Shown here: positions 58,977 to 64,000 of the stretch, piece by piece
Layout of the letters: each line of letters begins with the position of its first letter
How positions within the stretch are numbered: position 1 is the first letter of the stretch
NCBI GenBank assembly: GCA_947504875.1
Contig: CANNJI010000001.1
Coordinates: 11,906-75,905, forward strand
Length of the DNA: 64,000 nt
Direction: 5' to 3'
DNA from: Legionellaceae bacterium
Lineage (GTDB): Bacteria; Pseudomonadota; Gammaproteobacteria; Legionellales; Legionellaceae
Notes under the pieces: generated by a model
The model's input: only the letters and a program-made list of their open reading frames with translations
Databases searched by the model: none
Told to the model about the DNA's origin: nothing
Made by a program: the position numbers and the translations under genes

Positions 58977-59978
58977 ATGTTTGAAATGATCCCTGAAGAG
59001 AGGCGATTCGATGTAGAAAAAGGCATTCAAATCGCTTTGGGTGATATCCTGTTACAGGAAGTTATTCAATTAGCATGTGGTTCTTTATCAATCATTCTCA
59101 AGCTCATTAGTAATGACAACAGAACGTATATTTTACGGATTATGGATTTAGGGGACAATTTATTAAATCGTAAAAATCAAACTCTCTGTTTACATAAAGC
59201 GATCGAATTGGATTTGGCGCCCCAATGTTTATACGTTAATGCTGAAGATGGCATTATAATTATGGAGTTTATTCCATCTTTTCCTAATGTCATTACCTCC
59301 AACTGGTTAAGTGAGATAGCTAGTTCATTGCGAAGGCTACACGCTGATCGTTCTTTTCCTGCTCCACATCAACCTTTATTTGAATATATGAGTGATTTGG
59401 AAAACTCTCTTATTAAAAAAGGGGTATCTCCATTTATTGTTAATTATTTTGAGCAAATTAGGAAAATCAGAGCTCAATTATTGCCTCATTTAGAATGTAC
59501 TTCATCCCATAATGACTTAAATTTCACTAATTTACTTTTCAATGGCAAACGAACCTATTTTATTGACTGGGAAGCTGCAGGTATGGAAGATCCATTTTTT
59601 GATATCGCAACCATTTGCAATGAATATATTGAAGATGAAATGAATATCTCTTCATTTTTATCCAACTACTTTTTAGACGATCCAAGCCCATATCAACGCG
59701 CAAAAACATTACTCATGAGACAGATTGCTTATTGTTATTCAGTAGCACATTTTTTAGATTTTTCTGCCAGTACGGGACTGGATCTAACACAGATAGATCC
59801 AGTCACAAATGTACCCACAATGATAGAGTGGAAGCATGGTTATTATTCCACTAAACAATATCATTTAAATTCTGGTGAAGATTTTCTTTTTCATGCAATG
59901 ATAAAATTAAATGCGTCCATATCATTAATGGAAACAAAGATGTTTAAGATGGCAATGAAGTATTTTAATGGAACTTAA
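58977..59978 (+). CDS. aminoglycoside-phosphotransferase / choline-kinase-like kinase
   Basis: Brenner motif SHNDLNFTNLLF and the FIDWEAAGMEDPFFDIA segment are typical of the APH/ChoK family. Confidence 0.75.
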   Translation: MFEMIPEERRFDVEKGIQIALGDILLQEVIQLACGSLSIILKLISNDNRTYILRIMDLGDNLLNRKNQTLCLHKAIELDLAPQCLYVNAEDGIIIMEFIPSFPNVITSNWLSEIASSLRRLHADRSFPAPHQPLFEYMSDLENSLIKKGVSPFIVNYFEQIRKIRAQLLPHLECTSSHNDLNFTNLLFNGKRTYFIDWEAAGMEDPFFDIATICNEYIEDEMNISSFLSNYFLDDPSPYQRAKTLLMRQIAYCYSVAHFLDFSASTGLDLTQIDPVTNVPTMIEWKHGYYSTKQYHLNSGEDFLFHAMIKLNASISLMETKMFKMAMKYFNGT

Positions 59979-60115
59979 CACCTGGTGAACTGAGTATATG
60001 AGTGGAAATATTAAGCGTGCTAGCATTGATCTCGCCCTAATATTATGATTGACACACAGGCTCTATTTTCAGGGTAATTTGCTTAACAGGTACTGATTTA
60101 CACAAGGATTAGATT

Positions 60116-61040
60116 ATGCCACTCAATGACTCTGATAAACGATTTTTTGATTTATTGGCACAGAACCCAGATAAGGATAAAAATGCTACGCTAGAAAATA
60201 TGCGAGCAGACATCAAGGTTTTCGAACCTTTTGTAGATGAGCCGGCAGATATTGATTTCGAAGATCACTTTATTGTCGCAAAGGCAGGGCATCAAATACG
60301 ACTGCGCTATTATTCTGTTGACGCACAGACTAAACCTCTTATTATCTATTTTCCTGGAAATGCCTTTATATTTGATTGTTTTGAAATAAATCACACGATT
60401 ATTAGTAAAATTGCAAAAATAGCAGAATGTAATGCGGTGATGGTTGAATGTCGATTATCACCAGAACACCCTTATCCTGCGCCTTTAGAAGATGGGATGG
60501 AAGCAGTAGAATATATTTTAAATCATCTTGATTTTTTTCATGTCGATAAATCAAAAATCATCATGTCAGGATATAGTTCAGGTGCAAATTTAGCAGCGGT
60601 ATTGACAAATCGATTACGGGTTAAAAAAGGCGCAATATTTCACCAATTTTTAATCAGTGGTGGGTATGATTACACAGACTCATTACACGACTTTGATGAG
60701 TATGCTCTACAAGATAAAATGCTTGATCCTGACATCTGCACATTATAGTTTTGATTGCTATTCAAAAAAATCACAGAGACAAGAACCTGAGTGTTCACCC
60801 TATTGGGAGTCTGATCTATCTGGCTTACCTCCAACAACGATTATGGTAGCAGAATATGATGGAGGACAAAGTCAAAGTGAAGGGTATGCACAACGTTTAA
60901 TTGATGCAGGTAATCAGGTTGAAAAAATTATATTACTAGGACAAACACATGCAACAATCATGCTGCGAAAAGCATGTAGCGATGGTGATGATCCTGCTGT
61001 TGTTGCGGGTTTAAAATTAGGTCAAATTATTTCAAAATAA
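60116..61040 (+). pseudogene. alpha/beta-hydrolase (HSL-type esterase/lipase) with frameshift
   Basis: The N-part (60116..60748) has FPGNAF and the nucleophile elbow GYSSGANLA. The C-part continues in another frame (60657..61040) with SPYWE.DLSGLPPTTIMVAEYDG and GQTHA. The frames switch near 60725..60745. Confidence 0.7.
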
Positions 61041-61195
61041 AAAATTGAGGTGTTATGTTATGCTGGATCTGAAATGACCCCCGCTGTCTAGACCACGATC
61101 TTAAAAATATTTAGGAGCCTTTAGCCCTTAAAAAAATAATAAAAAAACCTGTTATTGTGCTTGTTGGTATGTGGTCGCGAAGCCAGCGAGTGTGG

Positions 61196-62146
61196 TCAAG
61201 CTGTGGTCAACGCGGGTGTTATGCGTTGTCCATAGCTTGTCCACACGTCCCGAAGGGCGATGGCTGGTCCGAAGGACGCGTCCACATATCCACAAGCTTC
61301 CCTTTCCTGCTTAAAGTAAATGTCAGCAGGTGTTTCATAATCTAACGACTGGTGCCAGCGTCGTTGGTTATAAAATTCAACATACTCTTCAATGGCGCTT
61401 CGTAGCTCTTTTACCGTATTGTACTCATTCAGATAAAATTTTTCACGTTTAAAACTACGCCAAAACCGCTCGATATAAACGTTATCAAGGCAACGGCCTT
61501 TGCCTGTCATACTTATATCAATATTCCATTCATCTAAATAATCCACCCAGTCTTCGCTAGTGAACTGAGACCCCTGATCACTGTTGATAATTTCTGGTTG
61601 TGAGTTTGCAAGCCCCTTTTTTAGCGCATCGATGCAGAACCCTGTTTCCATGGTGTTGGACAATGACCAGCTAACAATATAACGGCTATGTACGTCAATC
61701 AAGGCCACCAAATACATAAAGCCACCTCTCATCCGCAAATAGGTAATATCGATCATCCACGCTTGATTGGGACGAGTAATTTTCAAGTCCCGCAATAAAT
61801 AAGGGTGAACGGCATGTAATTTATTCCGTCGACTTGTGTTTGGCCCAGGATATATTGCCTGTATCCCGCCCAGCTGCATTAATCGCTGAACACGCTTGCG
61901 GTTAATTTTGTGGCCTTTAAACTTCAACTCCTTTGTGATGCGGCGATACCCATAAAAAGGATATCGCTCCCATATTTCACGAATTTCATTCAACAAATCA
62001 ATATCATCTGCATCTATTTCAGCGGCCTTGTAATAAAAGGTGCTTCGATTAACCTGTAGCAGTTCACATTGACGTCGCAAACTCAATTCAGCATGATTGC
62101 TATCAATTAATTGCTGTCGCTGCTCCCGCGGAGTTTGCTCCAACAC
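61196..62146 (-). CDS. IS3-family transposase OrfB (DDE integrase core), expressed by -1 frameshift from OrfA
   Basis: WMIDITY, SDQGSQFTS and YIERFWRSFKRE motifs of the rve/DDE domain. In the -1 frame relative to orfA. Confidence 0.85.
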   Translation of the reverse strand: MLEQTPREQRQQLIDSNHAELSLRRQCELLQVNRSTFYYKAAEIDADDIDLLNEIREIWERYPFYGYRRITKELKFKGHKINRKRVQRLMQLGGIQAIYPGPNTSRRNKLHAVHPYLLRDLKITRPNQAWMIDITYLRMRGGFMYLVALIDVHSRYIVSWSLSNTMETGFCIDALKKGLANSQPEIINSDQGSQFTSEDWVDYLDEWNIDISMTGKGRCLDNVYIERFWRSFKREKFYLNEYNTVKELRSAIEEYVEFYNQRRWHQSLDYETPADIYFKQEREACGYVDASFGPAIALRDVWTSYGQRITPALTTA

Positions 62147-62430
62147 TTTTTTAAGTAATCCCTCTCAATCGTTAGTTGGCCAACTGTTTCATATAATAAC
62201 CGTTGTTTTTCCTCATGTTCGGCAATTAATTTGGATGTCTTCTCAGCTTTATTAAAAAGCTGGGTACCTTCTTCCAATAGCTGTTTTTTCCATGCATGCA
62301 CCTGGCTGGGAGAAACCTCATATTTTTTACAAATTTCATTTAACGTTGTTTCATTTTTAATCGCTTGTAGTGCAATCTCAAATTTAGCCGCCGATGACCA
62401 CTTCTTATTCTTTGCCATGTTAACCTCCAA
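62107..62430 (-). CDS. IS3-family transposase OrfA (HTH)
   Basis: 107 aa. HTH plus leucine-zipper-like region. GGAGG Shine-Dalgarno upstream. Confidence 0.85.
   Translation of the reverse strand: MEVNMAKNKKWSSAAKFEIALQAIKNETTLNEICKKYEVSPSQVHAWKKQLLEEGTQLFNKAEKTSKLIAEHEEKQRLLYETVGQLTIERDYLKKCWSKLRGSSDSN
62146..62152 (-). other. programmed -1 ribosomal frameshift heptamer A_AAA_AAG
   Basis: The minus strand reads TTA AAA AAG in the orfA frame. After slippage the reading KKVLEQTPREQRQQ joins the orfB frame. Confidence 0.75.
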
Positions 62431-62498
62431 AGTAGAGGCTATTATCTCCTAAATTTTTAAATTTTGGTGGTCTAAATTGTTGGGGTCATTATAATCGA

Positions 62499-63032
62499 AT
62501 GAATGAAATATCTAAAAGAAAAGTCATATGTAGTATACGAGAACCTATCGCGGAAGATGAGGACAATTTTATTGTAGCGATGTGTCGTAGTCAGACATTA
62601 CACTGTCCATGGGTAGCATCGCCTAAAACGTCAGAAGAATTTAAAAACTATTATCAACGCTCTCAGCAAAACAACCAAAAAAGCTTTTTAGTGCTTAATC
62701 AAACAGAAGATATTACTGGGGTATTTAATATTAATGAAATAATCCGCGGATTTTTTCAAAATGCGTATTTAGGATTTTATGCTGTTGCTGACTACGCAGG
62801 ACAAGGTTATATGAGTGCTGGATTAAAATTGGTTTTACAACATGTGTTTGAAGAAATGGGATTACACCGCCTAGAGGCCAACATCCAGCCTGGAAATACT
62901 CTATCGATAAACTTGGTCAAAAATAATAGGTTTCGTCAAGAGGGTTATTCCCCGCATTATCTTAAAATTAATAATAAATGGTGCGATCATGAGCGTTGGG
63001 CAATTACTTATGAAGACTGGTGTGTCATCTAA
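62499..63032 (+). CDS. GNAT family N-acetyltransferase (RimJ/RimL-like)
   Basis: Motif A AGQGYMSAGLKLVL and LHRLEANIQPGN.LSI.L..K..F..EG. Confidence 0.85.
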   Translation: MNEISKRKVICSIREPIAEDEDNFIVAMCRSQTLHCPWVASPKTSEEFKNYYQRSQQNNQKSFLVLNQTEDITGVFNINEIIRGFFQNAYLGFYAVADYAGQGYMSAGLKLVLQHVFEEMGLHRLEANIQPGNTLSINLVKNNRFRQEGYSPHYLKINNKWCDHERWAITYEDWCVI

Positions 63033-63148
63033 ATCCTCTCGAGACAGATCATCTGTCATGTCTTTGTATGTATTCGATAAGCTCGTTCATTTGACGCTTA
63101 CGATGTATACTCAAATAATAAAACAGCTACCTATGACGAAGACTCACG

Positions 63149-63682
63149 ATGTCAAATAAAACAGTTTTCATATTAATTGGTCCAAAGGGAAGCGGGAAAA
63201 GTCACGTTGGTACGGTTATTGAAAAATATTTTGGCATACATTTCTTGAATGTTGATCAGCTCGGACTGGAAAATATTCCGAAATCAAAATTACTTGGTGA
63301 GGACCTGATTAAAGAAGGATTTCACTTTGAAGAAGCAAAAATAGATGCAATCCTCCAAACTAAGGACTCAGTTGCATTTGAGGCCACGGGGGCTCACGCC
63401 TATTTTTTTGTCGTGCTAAATCGTTTACGCTCCAGTTATGCGATTAAGTTTATTCGTGTCTCTGCTCCGCTGGATAAATGTAACGAACGAATAGCCACTC
63501 GAGACCAAACTAAAAACATACCTGTATCTGGCGAATTGATTCAATCGATCAATGAACGTGCATTGATGGTTCAGCTTCCATGGGATTTAGTACTGGATAA
63601 TTCCGTAGATATTTCTGAAGTAGCTATTGTGGGGGCTTTTCAGGGTAAATTTTCCTCCTTTAAAATTCAATTTTCAATTTGA
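63149..63682 (+). CDS. P-loop kinase-like ATP-binding protein
   Basis: Walker A LIGPKGSGKSHVG at the N-terminus. Size and layout resemble small-molecule/nucleotide kinases. Substrate unknown. Confidence 0.55.
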   Translation: MSNKTVFILIGPKGSGKSHVGTVIEKYFGIHFLNVDQLGLENIPKSKLLGEDLIKEGFHFEEAKIDAILQTKDSVAFEATGAHAYFFVVLNRLRSSYAIKFIRVSAPLDKCNERIATRDQTKNIPVSGELIQSINERALMVQLPWDLVLDNSVDISEVAIVGAFQGKFSSFKIQFSI

Positions 63683-63714
63683 AAGGGAGAACTAAAGAGA
63701 AAAGAATTGGGGTT

Positions 63715-64000
63715 TTAAAATACGCCCTTAAATGTTGGTTGCGGATCAATAGTAGCGCCAATATCCGCATGTTCACACTGAAGTATTGTTGTATCAAATT
63801 TTTTTAATTTATTATTCTGTACCGCTATGAAATCGAAGGGTACGCTCTCGCCAACATAGTTAATGATCTTACGTTTCCACTCAATTTCTGTCGAACCAGG
63901 TAATTTTTGAACACTCCAGTGTAAATGTCTATGCCCCGCATTACCTGTCCATCCTTCGACTCCAATGGCTTGCCCTTGATGCACGAAAGATCCATCCTTC
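63715..64000 (-). CDS. M23-family metallopeptidase, N-terminus beyond window end
   Basis: The frame stays open to nt 64000 (…KDGSFVHQGQAIGVEGWTGNAGHRHLHWSV). G.tG...G.HLH is the M23 zinc-binding signature. Confidence 0.6.
   Translation of the reverse strand, partial: KDGSFVHQGQAIGVEGWTGNAGHRHLHWSVQKLPGSTEIEWKRKIINYVGESVPFDFIAVQNNKLKKFDTTILQCEHADIGATIDPQPTFKGVF

Larger units (their letters stand above)
61075..62487 (-). mobile_element. IS3-family insertion sequence (1413 bp)
   Basis: TG...CA termini. ~43-bp imperfect inverted repeats TGACCCCCGCTGTCTAGACCAC... / TGACCCCAACAATTTAGACCAC.... orfA/orfB overlap with a slippery heptamer. Confidence 0.85.

Noticed and set aside
61157-61345. 62-aa plus-strand ORF at the IS3 left end
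   Set aside because: It is antisense to the transposase orfB 3' end and crosses the IS terminal region, so it is a shadow ORF.
35830-64000. Direct repeat of the tRNA-Pro 3' end (attR) that would delimit an integrated island
   Set aside because: I could not find TTCAAATCCTTCCGTCCCGACCA or a long sub-string of it by eye. The island limit may lie beyond the window, so no att site is claimed.

Overview
This window looks like a chromosomal segment from an AT-rich, Legionella-like (Legionellales) gammaproteobacterium. The taxon is an inference from gene content; no database search was possible.

nt 1-35,830 is a housekeeping backbone: lpdA (5' end outside the window), msrA/msrB, mfd, acnA, adk, a thioredoxin, glpD, nrdAB with two NrdR boxes, pmbA, rsmB-fmt-def, dprA-smg-topA, a csp-family gene, panD, gcdH and tRNA-Pro(GGG).

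The backbone is interrupted by host-interaction-type genes:
- two diverged F-box-like paralogues flanking a eukaryotic-type GDA1/CD39 ecto-NTPDase;
- a phosphodiester-glycosidase-family gene;
- a few orphan ORFs;
- three copies of a ~99-bp palindromic REP/MITE-like intergenic element.

Downstream of tRNA-Pro (clearly from ~37.3 kb to the window end) the sequence becomes visibly more AT-rich and mosaic. It contains:
- a co-directional eight-gene cluster with four GNAT acetyltransferases (one fused to a GrpB domain), a MATE pump and an ABC exporter;
- an IS21-family end remnant with four tandem terminal repeats;
- a TipA/MerR-type regulator whose 19-bp-spacer promoter/operator is duplicated upstream of an unknown 389-aa coiled-coil protein;
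- a partial duplicate (pseudogene) of a nitronate monooxygenase gene;
- an auxiliary tryptophanyl-tRNA synthetase gene split by an intact IS630-family element with a TA target duplication;
- a 1027-aa protein with about eight ~40-residue ankyrin-like repeats, a candidate translocated effector;
- decayed GNAT copies, a HAD-like gene, an APH/choline-kinase-like gene and a frameshifted esterase;
- an intact IS3-family element with an A_AAA_AAG frameshift site;
- a further GNAT, a P-loop kinase and a partial M23 peptidase gene.

No CRISPR array, rRNA or recognised defence system was seen. All product calls rest on motifs read from the supplied translations. They carry no E-values and need confirmation by a similarity search.
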